Positions 44,781 to 54,696 are shown, counted from the stretch's first letter. The stretch is DNA of 64,000 nt from Opitutales bacterium (GCA_038231575.1 JBBRLB010000011.1:1488-65487); one strand, 5' to 3'. Numbers and translations are program-made. The notes: generated by a model from the sequence alone, not told the origin.

Positions 44781-46724
44781 CTACGCCTTCTTCTTCCGCC
44801 CGCCCTTCGCCTCGATGTTCAGGTAGGTCTTGTTGAGCATCTGGCTCTCGTAGAGTTCGAGGAGGCGGACGCCTTCGCGGGGTTTGACCATGTCCTTCTT
44901 CGTCGCGGCATCGATCTGCACTTTCATTTTCCGGCACAGATCCTCTTGCTGGTATTGCACGCCTTCGATCACGTCGGCGATGCGGCTGCCGCTCAGCGCT
45001 TCTTCAATATAGAAGCCGTTCGGCTCGTCGTCTTCGAGGAACACGTGGACTTCGTTCACGCGGCCGAAGAGGTTGTGGAGGTCCCCCATGATGTCCTGGT
45101 AGGCGCCGGTGAGAAAGATGCCGAGGTAGTAGGGTTTGCCGTTGAGCGGGTGGAGCGTGATGTAGTCGCGCACGTCCTGCAGATCGATGAAGCGATCGAT
45201 CTTGCCGTCGGAGTCGCACGTGATGTCGACGAGGATGGCGTTGACGGTGGGCTTTTCCTTGAGCCGGTGGAGCGGCGCGATCGGGAAGAGTTGATCGAGA
45301 CCCCAGTGATCGAGCAGCGACTGGAAGACGGAGAAATTGCAGACGTATTGGTCGGCGAGGAGCTTGTCGAGGTCGTGGAGTTCCTCGGGCTGGTAGCCGG
45401 ATTTTTTTCCTTCCTTCGCGATCTGCTCGCAGATTTGCCAGAAGAGCGATTCGGCGGCGGCGCGGTTTTCGAGATCGAGATAGCCGAGGTTGAAGAGGGA
45501 GAACGCCTCCTCCTTTTTCTGCAGCGCATCGTGGAACCGCTCAAGCAGGCCGAGCTTGGTTTTGTTCTTCAACATCACCTCGAGATCGGTGACGACTTTG
45601 TGCTTTTCGTCGGGCTCGTGCTGCTTGCCGAGTGACTCGCGCTTGTTGATCCGCTCGAACACCTCGACGACGAGCATCGAGTGCTGCGCGACGACGGCGC
45701 GGCCGGACTCGCTGACGATGTCGGGGACGGCGACGCCGGACGAGGTGCAGATTTCGCGGATGTTGAAGACGACATCGCGCGCGTATTCCTCCATCGAGTA
45801 GTTCATCGAGCTTTCGAAGTTCGTGCGCGAGCCGTCGTAGTCGATGCCGAGGCCGCCGCCGACATCGAGGTAGCCCATCGGGAAACCCATCTTCGCGAGC
45901 TGGCAGTAGAAGCGCGTGGCTTCGACGACCGCGTTTTTGATCGTGAGGATGTTCGGCACCTGCGAACCGATGTGGAAATGCACGAGGCGCAGGCACGATT
46001 GCAGTTTCGCGGCGCGGAGTTTTTCGCAGGCGAAAAGAATTTCCGCGGTGTTGAGACCGAACTTGGCGTTGTCGCCGGTCGAGGTCGCCCAACGGCCTTC
46101 CCCGCGCGTCTGGAGTTTCGCGCGAAAACCGATCATCGGTTTCACGCCGGTCTCAGCGGCGAGGCGGATGATGTCGTCGAGTTCGGAGAGTTGTTCGACG
46201 ACGAGGATGATCTTCTTGCCGAGCTTGCGGCCGAGGAGGGCGAGCCGGATGTAATCCTGATCCTTGTAGCCGTTGCAGATGATGAGGCGTTGGGCGCCTT
46301 CGTGCATCGCGAGCGCAATCATCAGCTCGGGCTTGGAGCCGGCCTCGAGGCCGAAGTTGAACTCCTTGCCGGCCGCGACGATCTCGTCGACGACCTCGCG
46401 GAGCTGGTTGACCTTGATCGGGAAGACGCCGCGGTAGTCGCCCTTGTAGCCTTCCTCTTTCATCGCCTTCAGGAAAACTTGGTTGAGCTGGACGACGCGG
46501 TGGCGGAGCAAATCCTGAAAGCGGATGACCATCGGCGCCTTGAGGCTCATGCCGAGGGCCTCGTTGACGACATCGAGCACGCGGATGCCGCGGCCATCGG
46601 TCAGCGGCTGGACGTTGACGAAGCCATCGTCATCGACCGAGAGATGCCCGGAGCCCCAGCGTTTGAAGCCGTAGTGCTCTTCGGACTTGGCGGCCGACCA
46701 GGCGGCGGAGGATTTGGTTTTCAG
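44781..46724 (-). CDS. speA: Biosynthetic arginine decarboxylase SpeA (start uncertain; CTG proposed)
   Basis: FPIKVNQ...GLEAGSKPEL...NGYKD...HFHIGSQ...DVGGGLGIDY. The conserved N-terminal segment EEHYGFKRWGSGHLSVDDDGFVNVQP lies upstream of the first ATG/GTG/TTG (GTG 46580). The only near-cognate start in the open frame is CTG 46724. Confidence 0.85.
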   Translation of the reverse strand: MKTKSSAAWSAAKSEEHYGFKRWGSGHLSVDDDGFVNVQPLTDGRGIRVLDVVNEALGMSLKAPMVIRFQDLLRHRVVQLNQVFLKAMKEEGYKGDYRGVFPIKVNQLREVVDEIVAAGKEFNFGLEAGSKPELMIALAMHEGAQRLIICNGYKDQDYIRLALLGRKLGKKIILVVEQLSELDDIIRLAAETGVKPMIGFRAKLQTRGEGRWATSTGDNAKFGLNTAEILFACEKLRAAKLQSCLRLVHFHIGSQVPNILTIKNAVVEATRFYCQLAKMGFPMGYLDVGGGLGIDYDGSRTNFESSMNYSMEEYARDVVFNIREICTSSGVAVPDIVSESGRAVVAQHSMLVVEVFERINKRESLGKQHEPDEKHKVVTDLEVMLKNKTKLGLLERFHDALQKKEEAFSLFNLGYLDLENRAAAESLFWQICEQIAKEGKKSGYQPEELHDLDKLLADQYVCNFSVFQSLLDHWGLDQLFPIAPLHRLKEKPTVNAILVDITCDSDGKIDRFIDLQDVRDYITLHPLNGKPYYLGIFLTGAYQDIMGDLHNLFGRVNEVHVFLEDDEPNGFYIEEALSGSRIADVIEGVQYQQEDLCRKMKVQIDAATKKDMVKPREGVRLLELYESQMLNKTYLNIEAKGGRKKKA

Positions 46725-46903
46725 GGAGTGGGGAGTTAAGGGCTGAGCGTTGAGAGGCCGAACTCAGAGAAGGAGCGGTGCCGCAGTGTCTTGGCTCTCA
46801 ACGCTCATCTCTCAACCCTCAACTTTCCGGTGTTCTGTCTTGCTTTTGCAGGCGGCGAATCAGTTAGATGCGCGTTTTCTTTTTCCAAATCACCCAACAC
46901 GCA

Positions 46904-47275
46904 ATGCCGAAAATGTCCTCCTTAATCGATGCCGCCTCGTTTCTCGCTCAAGCTGCCGCTCCGGCGCAGCCCGGTGGCGCTGCTTCGATGATCACGGGCA
47001 TGCTGCCGGCGATTCTGTTGATGGCGGGTTTTTATTTCCTGTTCATCGCCCCGCAGCGCAAGAAACAGAAGGAGCACGAGAAGATGCTGGCCGCGCTCCA
47101 GTCCGGGGACGAAATCGTCACGACCGGCGGCATCTTCGCCACGATCACCAATGTGAAGGATGACCGTTTCGTCGTGCGCATCGCGGACAACACGAAGGTC
47201 GAGCTCGGCAAGGGCTTCGTGCAGACCGTGGTGAAGTCGCAGGCGAGTCCCGCGAAGGACGACAAGAAGAAGTGA
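46904..47275 (+). CDS. yajC: Preprotein translocase subunit YajC
   Basis: LLMAGFYFLFIAPQRKKQKEHEKMLAALQSGDEIVTTGGIFATI. Confidence 0.9.
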   Translation: MPKMSSLIDAASFLAQAAAPAQPGGAASMITGMLPAILLMAGFYFLFIAPQRKKQKEHEKMLAALQSGDEIVTTGGIFATITNVKDDRFVVRIADNTKVELGKGFVQTVVKSQASPAKDDKKK

Positions 47276-47356
47276 GGCCGTTGTGCGGCGATCCATCGCG
47301 GCGGGAAGCGCCGCGCAATCGCCGTCTGAATTTTTAATAATAAACCCAAAAGACCC

Positions 47357-49912
47357 ATGCTCAAACGCAACCTCTGGAAGATCCTACTCTCGCTCGCGCT
47401 CCTCGCGTGGGCGGTGTCGGAGCTGATCCCGCTGCAAGACGTTCCCTTCGTCGACTACGCCCGCTCCCATGCGACGGCGAAACCGGCGGAGTTCGGCAAG
47501 CTCCTCGACGAAGCCATCGCGACCAAGAAGTCCGGCAAGTCCGCCAGCGAATTCGTCGCCCTCCGCACCATTGGCAAGGAGCGGAAGCTCGACCTCTCGC
47601 AATATTTCCCCGACATCCGCCTCGAGGACACCCTGCGCAACGTCGAGAAGCGCAACAGCATCCTCCTGACCGAGCTCCTCCGCCGCTCCAAGGGTCGCGT
47701 GCAACGCGGCCTCGATCTCGCGGGTGGCGTGGCGTTCACGCTCGAAGTCGATGAGCGCGCCGCCGGCGCCGACGATGTCAATGTCCGGAAGGAAAAAATC
47801 ACCAAGGCCATCGAGATCATCAGCGCCCGCATCAATTCGTTTGGCGTCGCCGAGCCGGTCATTCGGCCCGTCGGCACGAATCGCATCGAGGTGCAGCTCC
47901 CGAATCTCAACACCCGCGACAACCCCGATGTCGTCGACAACGTCAAGAAGCCCGCGCGCCTCGATTTCCGCACGGTGCACCCGACGCTCACCCCCGGGAT
48001 CGGCGTCGACACGCCGGTCGGCTACGAGGTGATGACGCTCGAGAACGAGGGCCGCACCGGCCAGACGTTCAGCGAGGATGTGTTCGTCAAGCAGCGTCCC
48101 GAGATGGGCGGCAACCTCATCACGAACTCGTTCGCGCGCCCTGATCTTTACGGGAAGCCCGAGGTTGTTCTCCAGTTCAGCGACGAGGGCAAAAAACGTT
48201 TCGCCGAAATCACGCGCTCGCTTGCCGACATGGGCCAGTCGTCCGGCCGCCTCGGCCGCCTCGCCATCGTGCTCGACGGCAAACTCTATTCCGCCCCGAC
48301 CGTCCGCGAGGAAATTTCCGGCGGCTCCGCCCAAATCTCCGGCGGCGCCATGACCGACCGTGAGGCGATCAATCTCTCGAACGTCCTCAACAACCCGCTC
48401 GATCTGCCGCTGCTCGTGAAAGAGCAATACGAGGTCGGGCCCTCGCTCGCGCAGGACGCCGTCGATTCCGGCGTGCGCGCGACCGTCATCGCGACCGTCG
48501 CGGTGGCCGCGTTCATGATCACGTTCTACGCGACGGGCGGCCTCATCGCCGTCTTCGCGCTCGCGATCAACATCGTCCTCATTCTCGGCATCATGGCGTT
48601 CTACCAGGCGACGATCACGTTGCCCGGCCTCGCCGGTATCGTGCTCACCATGGGCATGGCGGTGGATGCGAACATCCTGATCTTCGAGCGCATGCGCGAA
48701 GAACTCGCCGCGGGCAAGAGCCTCGCCGCCGCCAGCGACAGCGGCTTCCTCAAGGCGCTGTGGACCATCCTCGATGCCCACGCCGTGCAGCTCATCATCT
48801 GCGGCATCATGATTTGGAAGGGCACCGGTCCCATCAAGGGCTTCGGCGTCACGTTGCTCATCGGCGTGCTCTCCACGTTGTTCTCCGTCCTGATCACCGG
48901 CCACATGGTGATGGAAATGCTCACCGAGTCGCTCACTCTGAAAAAAATCACGATGCGCCGCATGATTGGCGAAATCCACACGGACTTCGTCAAGCTCGGC
49001 AAACCCGCCTTCATCGGCTCGTGGATCGTGGTGCTGATCGGTTTCGGTTACGTGCTCTTCCAGGGCAATAAAATCTACGGCATCGACTTCGCGGGTGGCG
49101 ACGTGATCGCCCTCCAGTTCAAGACCAAGCTTGATGTCGGCCAGATCCGCGACGCCGCGAAGGCCGCGGGCGTCAGCGATGTCAACCCGACCTACACCAG
49201 CGCCATCGGCGGCGGGGGCCGCGAGACGCTCAACGTCGAGTCGCCCGAGGGCAAGTCACCCGTCGTGCTGGCCGCGCTGCAGAAAGCCTTCCCGAACGCG
49301 GGCCTCGAGAAGGTCGGCGAGAACCACATCGGCGCCTCCATCGGCAAGGAGATCGAGTGGAACGCGCTCGTCGCCATCGGCATTTCGATGCTCACGATTC
49401 TCGTCTACATCGCCTTCCGCTTCGAGTTCGGCTTCGGCGTCGGCGCGATGTTTTCCACGCTGCACGATCTCCTGATGACCATCGGCATCTTCGTGCTGAC
49501 GGGCCACCAGTTCAACGCGCCCATGGTCGCGGCCCTCCTCTGTATCGCGGGCTACTCGATCAACGAGACCGTCGTCGTCTTCGACCGCATCCGCGAGGAG
49601 TTGAAAAACAACCCGACCGGCTCGCTCCGCGACGTCGTCAACTCCGCCATCCGGAAAGTTTTCGCCCGCACGATTATGACGGCGTCGACGACCTTCCTCG
49701 CCGCGCTCTCGCTCTACATCTTCGGCGGCGGCGTGCTCCGCGACATTTCGTTTACGTTCCTGGTCGGCATCGTCACCTCGACCTTCTCCGCGATCTTCAT
49801 CGCGGCGCAGGTGTTCTACTGGTGGCACAAGGGCGACCGGAAGCACGTCGAGGCGCATGCGGATGTCGCCCCGAAATACGAATGGCAAGGCGCGTCCAAG
49901 GCGTCCGAATAA
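47357..49912 (+). CDS. secDF: Fused protein translocase subunit SecDF
   Basis: 851 aa. SecD periplasmic domain, then two six-helix bundles (RGLDLAGG ... AGIVLTMGMAVDANILIFER ... YSINETVVVFDRIRE). Confidence 0.92.
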   Translation: MLKRNLWKILLSLALLAWAVSELIPLQDVPFVDYARSHATAKPAEFGKLLDEAIATKKSGKSASEFVALRTIGKERKLDLSQYFPDIRLEDTLRNVEKRNSILLTELLRRSKGRVQRGLDLAGGVAFTLEVDERAAGADDVNVRKEKITKAIEIISARINSFGVAEPVIRPVGTNRIEVQLPNLNTRDNPDVVDNVKKPARLDFRTVHPTLTPGIGVDTPVGYEVMTLENEGRTGQTFSEDVFVKQRPEMGGNLITNSFARPDLYGKPEVVLQFSDEGKKRFAEITRSLADMGQSSGRLGRLAIVLDGKLYSAPTVREEISGGSAQISGGAMTDREAINLSNVLNNPLDLPLLVKEQYEVGPSLAQDAVDSGVRATVIATVAVAAFMITFYATGGLIAVFALAINIVLILGIMAFYQATITLPGLAGIVLTMGMAVDANILIFERMREELAAGKSLAAASDSGFLKALWTILDAHAVQLIICGIMIWKGTGPIKGFGVTLLIGVLSTLFSVLITGHMVMEMLTESLTLKKITMRRMIGEIHTDFVKLGKPAFIGSWIVVLIGFGYVLFQGNKIYGIDFAGGDVIALQFKTKLDVGQIRDAAKAAGVSDVNPTYTSAIGGGGRETLNVESPEGKSPVVLAALQKAFPNAGLEKVGENHIGASIGKEIEWNALVAIGISMLTILVYIAFRFEFGFGVGAMFSTLHDLLMTIGIFVLTGHQFNAPMVAALLCIAGYSINETVVVFDRIREELKNNPTGSLRDVVNSAIRKVFARTIMTASTTFLAALSLYIFGGGVLRDISFTFLVGIVTSTFSAIFIAAQVFYWWHKGDRKHVEAHADVAPKYEWQGASKASE

Positions 49913-50014
49913 TCGGCCGGGAGGGCCGGCTCTCCGCGCCGGCCTGAGTTTACACGCGAATCGCCGCGCGAACCCAGGCTGGTTCGGAGAACCGGCCCCA
50001 CCGCTCCCAAGCCC

Positions 50015-51736
50015 ATGCGCTGGACCCACACGCCCCGCCCGGCCGCCGAGGTCGAAGCGTTGAGCAAACACGCGGGCCTGAGCCGCGTGCTGGCGGAGTT
50101 GCTCCTGCGCGCGGGATTGAGCGACGCGCAAGCCGCGGCAGAATTCCTGCAACCCGCGCTCGCCGCGCTGCGCGATCCGTTTTTGCTGCGAAATCTCGAG
50201 GCGGGTGCCACGCGCCTCCGAGCCGCCATCGCGGGCCGCGAGGAGATCGTGATTCTCGGTGACTACGATGTGGACGGCGTGAGCAGCACCGCGCTGCTCG
50301 TGATGATTTTACGGCGCTTCGGGTTGAACCCGCGCTTCGTCGTCCCGCGCCGCTCCGCGGACGGCTACGGCCTCTCGCGCAGTGCGATCGATCGCGCGCT
50401 CGAGGGCGGGAAGCCGCAACTTTTCATCGCGCTCGACTGCGGCACGAACTCGCACGCCGAGGCCGCCTACCTCCGCGGGCAGGGCATCGACGTGATCGTC
50501 GTCGATCACCATCGCTCGCGGGAGCAGCCGCTGACCGACGGCATTTTGATCAACCCGCACGTCGAGGCCGACGTGACGAACGGCGACGCGGCGTGGCGCC
50601 ACCTCTGCACGGTCGGCCTCGTGTTCAAGCTGTGCCACGGCCTGCTCAAGCAAATGCGCGCGGAAAACCATCCCGTCGCGTTTCGGATCAAGCTGAAGGA
50701 TCACCTCGATCTCGTGGCACTCGGCACGGTCGCGGATCTCGTGCCGCTGCTCGGGGAGAACCGGATTCTCGCGCGGCACGGGTTGCGGATCCTCGAGGCC
50801 ACGCTGCGGCCGGGTTTGCGCGCGTTGATGGACGTCGCCGGCGTGAAGCCGACGCAGGGCATCACGCCGACGGACATTTCCTTCCGGCTTGGGCCGCGGA
50901 TCAATGCGAGTGGCCGGCTGGCCGACGCCGCGCTTTCGGTCGAGCTGTTGATCAGCGACGACGCGAAATTTTGCGCGGACACCGCCCAGCAGCTCGATAC
51001 GTTCAACCGCGAGCGGCAGGACATCGAGCGCGGCATCACCGAGCAGGCCGAGAAAATGATCGAGACGCAGTTTTCCGCGCTGCCGGGCATCGTGCTCTTT
51101 CACGAGGAGTGGCATCCCGGCGTGGTCGGGATCGTCGCGGGCCGGGTGACGCGGAAATACAACCGCCCGTGCGTCGTGCTCGGCAACGAAGGCGACATGG
51201 CGAAGGGTTCCGGCCGCAGCGTGGACGGGTTGAATCTGGTCGAGGTGCTCGGGACGTGCTGTGAAAATCTTTCAAGCTGGGGTGGCCATCCGATGGCGGT
51301 GGGCATCGCGTTGCCGAAAATCCACGTCGCTGATTTTCGCGCGCGCTTCGCCGAGGCGGTGCGGGCGCATGCCGGCAGCGATGTCGCCGAAGCGCGGCTC
51401 GACATTGCGGCGTGGCTTACGCCGGAGCAGCTCAACGAGCGGCTCATGGACGAACTCGATACGCTGCATCCCTTCGGACAAGGCAATCCCGAGCCGGTCT
51501 TCGGCCTGCGCGGCATCGTGCTGGCCGGGCGCCTCGAGGTGTTCAAGGAGCTGCATTTTCGTTTTGGGATCGAGGATGGCCGCGGCCGGCGCCTGCACGG
51601 CGTCGCGTGGAAACTCGCGCACCGCCAGCCGCCGATGGGCCAGCCGATCGATCTCGCGGTCGAGTTGAAGTGGAATCACTTCAACGGCCGGAAACTTTTG
51701 CAGCTCGGATTGATCGACTGGCGCAAGTCGGGGTAG
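50015..51736 (+). CDS. recJ: Single-stranded-DNA-specific exonuclease RecJ
   Basis: DHH motifs ILGDYDVDGVSS, ALDCG and VVDHH, plus DHHA1 GGHPMAVG. Confidence 0.92.
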   Translation: MRWTHTPRPAAEVEALSKHAGLSRVLAELLLRAGLSDAQAAAEFLQPALAALRDPFLLRNLEAGATRLRAAIAGREEIVILGDYDVDGVSSTALLVMILRRFGLNPRFVVPRRSADGYGLSRSAIDRALEGGKPQLFIALDCGTNSHAEAAYLRGQGIDVIVVDHHRSREQPLTDGILINPHVEADVTNGDAAWRHLCTVGLVFKLCHGLLKQMRAENHPVAFRIKLKDHLDLVALGTVADLVPLLGENRILARHGLRILEATLRPGLRALMDVAGVKPTQGITPTDISFRLGPRINASGRLADAALSVELLISDDAKFCADTAQQLDTFNRERQDIERGITEQAEKMIETQFSALPGIVLFHEEWHPGVVGIVAGRVTRKYNRPCVVLGNEGDMAKGSGRSVDGLNLVEVLGTCCENLSSWGGHPMAVGIALPKIHVADFRARFAEAVRAHAGSDVAEARLDIAAWLTPEQLNERLMDELDTLHPFGQGNPEPVFGLRGIVLAGRLEVFKELHFRFGIEDGRGRRLHGVAWKLAHRQPPMGQPIDLAVELKWNHFNGRKLLQLGLIDWRKSG

Positions 51737-51801
51737 GGCGGGCTTCCACCCGCTCTTCGGTTGCACACCCCACGCCGGAAAAGGCGGGCAGAAGCCCGAC
51801 C
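51736..51801. repeat. About 66-nt imperfect palindrome between convergent recJ and the sensor kinase
   Basis: GGGCGGGCTTC (51736-51746) pairs with GAAGCCCGACC (51791-51801). There is also an inner CCCGC/GCGGG pairing. Confidence 0.5.
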
Positions 51802-51805
51802 GGCT

Positions 51806-54622
51806 TCACTGCCCGAGCACTGCACCGAGTTGGCGGAGCATGGTCTCCAGCGTGAAAGGCTTCGGCAGCAGGACGACTTCGCCGAGCCCGCGCAGGCGAT
51901 GCAGCACGTCCTGTTCGCTGAAGCCGCTCATGACCAGCACGCGCGCCGCGGGTCGGAGCGCGCGGATTTCGCGCAGCACTTCCGCGCCGTCGAGCCCCGG
52001 CATCGTGAGATCGAGCATAATGGCGGTGAAACGATCGGGCTCCGCGCGAAAGGTCTTCAGGGCCGCGATGCCATCGGCGGCGAGCACCGTGGTGTAACCG
52101 TGGTGGCGAAGCAGCGCGTCGGCAGTCGCCAGCACCGTCGGCTCGTCGTCGACCACCAACAGGGTGCCGCCGCTGGCCGGCGCGGGCGTAACGGTGATAG
52201 TCTGGCCCGGATACCCGGCGCGCGGCGCGGCGGCCGGCAGGAACAGCCGGAACGTCGAGCCCCGGCCGACGGTGCTTTGCACGGTGAGCGCACCGTGGTG
52301 GGTGCGGACGATCCCGAGTGTCGCCGCGAGCCCGAGTCCGCGGCCGGTGAACTTCGTCGTGAAAAACGGATCGAAGACACGCGCGAGCGTGGCCGGGCTC
52401 ATGCCCTCGCCGGTGTCGGATACTTCCAGGCAAATGCAGTCGCCGGACGGCACGTCGAACGCGTGCACCGCATCGGCCGGCTCCGCGGTGGGACGCCCGA
52501 GACGGGTCGTCACGCGGATCTCGCCGGGCGCTTCGCCGAGCGCCTCCGACGCGTTGATCACGAGGTTCATCACAACCTGGCGGAGTTGCGAGGCGTCGCC
52601 TTCCACGGCGGGCAGATTGGGCGCGAGCGAGACGTGCAACGCGGCTTTCTTGCCGATCGAAACTTCGAGCAGGCGCGCGGTGTCGTGCACGAGCTGGCCG
52701 AGATCGAGGCGCTCGACGACGAGGTTGCCGTGGCCGGCGTAGGCGAGCATCTGGCGGCAGAGATCGGCGGCGCGGCGCGCGGCCGTCTCGATGGGCGCGA
52801 GATGCTGGTCGGCGGGATTGGTTTGGCGCGCGAAGCTGGCGTTGGCGAGGATGACGGTGAGGAGGTTGTTGAAATCGTGCGCGATGCCGCCGGCGAGCAC
52901 GCCGAGGCTCTCGAGCTTTTGCGTCTCGAGCATCTTCAACTGGATTTTCTGTTGTTCTTCCTCCGCGGTTTTGGCCGCGGTGATGTCCTGCAGCGAGCCA
53001 TAGATTTTCACGACCTGGCCATCGCGGCGCTCCACGCGCCCCGTGGTGTGCACGCGAATGGCCCGGCGTTTGGCCGTGACCAGCGAGAGTTCGAGATCGT
53101 AGTTCGTGCCGAGTTGGATCGCGTGAGCCATGGCGGCGGCGATGAGCGTGCGGCTTTCCGGCGCATAGAACACGATCGCGGAGTCCAGGGTCGGGCGAAA
53201 CTCGCCCGGCGTCGTTTCGTGGATGCGGTGGGTTTCGTCCGACCAGTAAAGATCGTGCGTGGCCAAATCGTATTCCCAACCGCCGATGTGGGCGACGGCC
53301 TGCGTTTGCTCCAGCAAATGTGCGGAGCGGGCGAGGAGTTCGCGGCTTTCGAGCAGGGCCTGCTCGGTGCGTTTGCGTTCGGTGATGTCAGTGTGCGTGC
53401 CGGCGATGCGCTGCGCCGAGCCGTCGGGGGCGCGCGCGACCACCTTGCCGCGATCGAGAATCCAGCGCCACTCGCCGGACTTGGACTGCATGCGGTATTC
53501 GATGGTGTAGGAGCCGCCGTCGCCGGCGTGGACGCGCGAACGCCAACCGTCGTGCGACGAGCGATCGGCGGGATGCACGAGCTGCGTGCCGCCCTCGAGC
53601 GTCGGCGGAATTTCGGCGAGCGTGTAACCGAGCATCGCGGCCCAGCGTTCACTGCGGGCAAACCGGCCCGACCGCACATCCCAGTCCCAAAATCCATCGC
53701 CGCTCCCCTCAAGCACGAGAATGAGCCGCTCCTCGCTGTCGCGCAGGGCGCGCGCCTGCTCGCGCACCTTGCTGAGCAGGCGGCGCTGCCGCACGATGAC
53801 GAGGAGCACGCCGGCGAGCACGAGAGTCAGCGGGATGAGGTAAGCCTGGACGTCCTTGAACCGCACGCCCCGCGTGTCGAGCGGACCGATCCATTGTTCG
53901 TAGATTTTGTCCCACGTGCCGTCGGCGTGAATGTTGGCGAGGCCGTCGTTGAGCTGCGCCAGCAGCTCCGGCTCCCCGGGATGCACGCCGAGTCGCAGGC
54001 GATAATGCATGTCCTCGACCTCGAGGTCGGCCTCGGTCACCTGCGAGAGGTGTTCCTGATCGGCGAAATGGCGGCCGAAGAGTCGCACCGCCAGCACGGC
54101 GTCGCACTCGCCGCGATCGACCGCGGTCAGCGCGTCGACGAGCCGCGGGTAGAAACGCAATTTTGTGAAGCCCTGCCGCAGGAGGTATTGATGGCCGGCG
54201 CTGAGCTGCGTTGTGCCCATTGTTCGCGCTTTGAGCTCGGCGAGATTCGTGGCCGGCGGCGCGCCTTTGCGGACGAACACCGCCGATTTCAGATCCAGAT
54301 GGGTCACGCTGTAAGCGATGAAACTCTCGCGCTCCGGCGTGGCGACGACCGCGGCGAGGATGTCGAGCTGGTGCGCACGGAAATCATCGAGCAGCTCCGG
54401 CCACGGTTTGCAGACGAACTCGATTTCCAAGTGCTGGTCGCGCGCCACGGCGCGCGCCACCTCCACTGCGTAGCCCTCGGGCTGGCCGGTGGCACCGAGG
54501 TGCGACAGGCGGTCCGCGACGGGTTCGACGCCCACGCGCAGCGGCGCCCCTAGCCCGAGAGCGGTCAGCAGAAAGAACCCCAGCACGCCGCAAGGCAGGG
54601 TTCGGCCACTTGGTGGACACAT
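51806..54622 (-). CDS. Hybrid sensor histidine kinase/response regulator with an N-terminal periplasmic solute-binding domain and PAS domains
   Basis: SBP_bac_3-like N-terminus, TM helix, tandem PAS domains, H-box GGIAHDFNNLL, HATPase (DTGEGM ... GRGLGL), and a C-terminal receiver (LLVVDDE ... DLTMPGLDG). Confidence 0.88.
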   Translation of the reverse strand: MCPPSGRTLPCGVLGFFLLTALGLGAPLRVGVEPVADRLSHLGATGQPEGYAVEVARAVARDQHLEIEFVCKPWPELLDDFRAHQLDILAAVVATPERESFIAYSVTHLDLKSAVFVRKGAPPATNLAELKARTMGTTQLSAGHQYLLRQGFTKLRFYPRLVDALTAVDRGECDAVLAVRLFGRHFADQEHLSQVTEADLEVEDMHYRLRLGVHPGEPELLAQLNDGLANIHADGTWDKIYEQWIGPLDTRGVRFKDVQAYLIPLTLVLAGVLLVIVRQRRLLSKVREQARALRDSEERLILVLEGSGDGFWDWDVRSGRFARSERWAAMLGYTLAEIPPTLEGGTQLVHPADRSSHDGWRSRVHAGDGGSYTIEYRMQSKSGEWRWILDRGKVVARAPDGSAQRIAGTHTDITERKRTEQALLESRELLARSAHLLEQTQAVAHIGGWEYDLATHDLYWSDETHRIHETTPGEFRPTLDSAIVFYAPESRTLIAAAMAHAIQLGTNYDLELSLVTAKRRAIRVHTTGRVERRDGQVVKIYGSLQDITAAKTAEEEQQKIQLKMLETQKLESLGVLAGGIAHDFNNLLTVILANASFARQTNPADQHLAPIETAARRAADLCRQMLAYAGHGNLVVERLDLGQLVHDTARLLEVSIGKKAALHVSLAPNLPAVEGDASQLRQVVMNLVINASEALGEAPGEIRVTTRLGRPTAEPADAVHAFDVPSGDCICLEVSDTGEGMSPATLARVFDPFFTTKFTGRGLGLAATLGIVRTHHGALTVQSTVGRGSTFRLFLPAAAPRAGYPGQTITVTPAPASGGTLLVVDDEPTVLATADALLRHHGYTTVLAADGIAALKTFRAEPDRFTAIMLDLTMPGLDGAEVLREIRALRPAARVLVMSGFSEQDVLHRLRGLGEVVLLPKPFTLETMLRQLGAVLGQ

Positions 54623-54696
54623 GCCGGCAGGCGAGCGACTTCGCCGCCGGTGCGCGACAAAAAAAACCGGTTTAGTCGCGCCCGCCAGACGGACGC

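Noticed and set aside
37500-44900. I looked for an integrase, transposase, recombinase or tRNA gene to explain the duplicated gene ends.
   Set aside because: None of the ORFs in this interval, on either strand, shows recombinase or transposase motifs, and no tRNA cloverleaf is present.
47287-47335. A compound hairpin (GGCGAT...ATCGCC enclosing CGCGGCG-GGAAG-CGCCGCG) lies between yajC and secDF, with TTTTT 7 nt downstream.
   Set aside because: The T-run is detached from the stem, and yajC-secDF is normally one operon. At most it is a partial terminator or processing site, which is not enough to call.
54641-54687. The hairpin GGTGCGCGAC...GTCGCGCCCG carries an A8 run in its loop, between the sensor kinase start and the DUF4214 gene end.
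   Set aside because: The T/A run lies inside the loop rather than after the stem, so it is not a canonical terminator in either direction.
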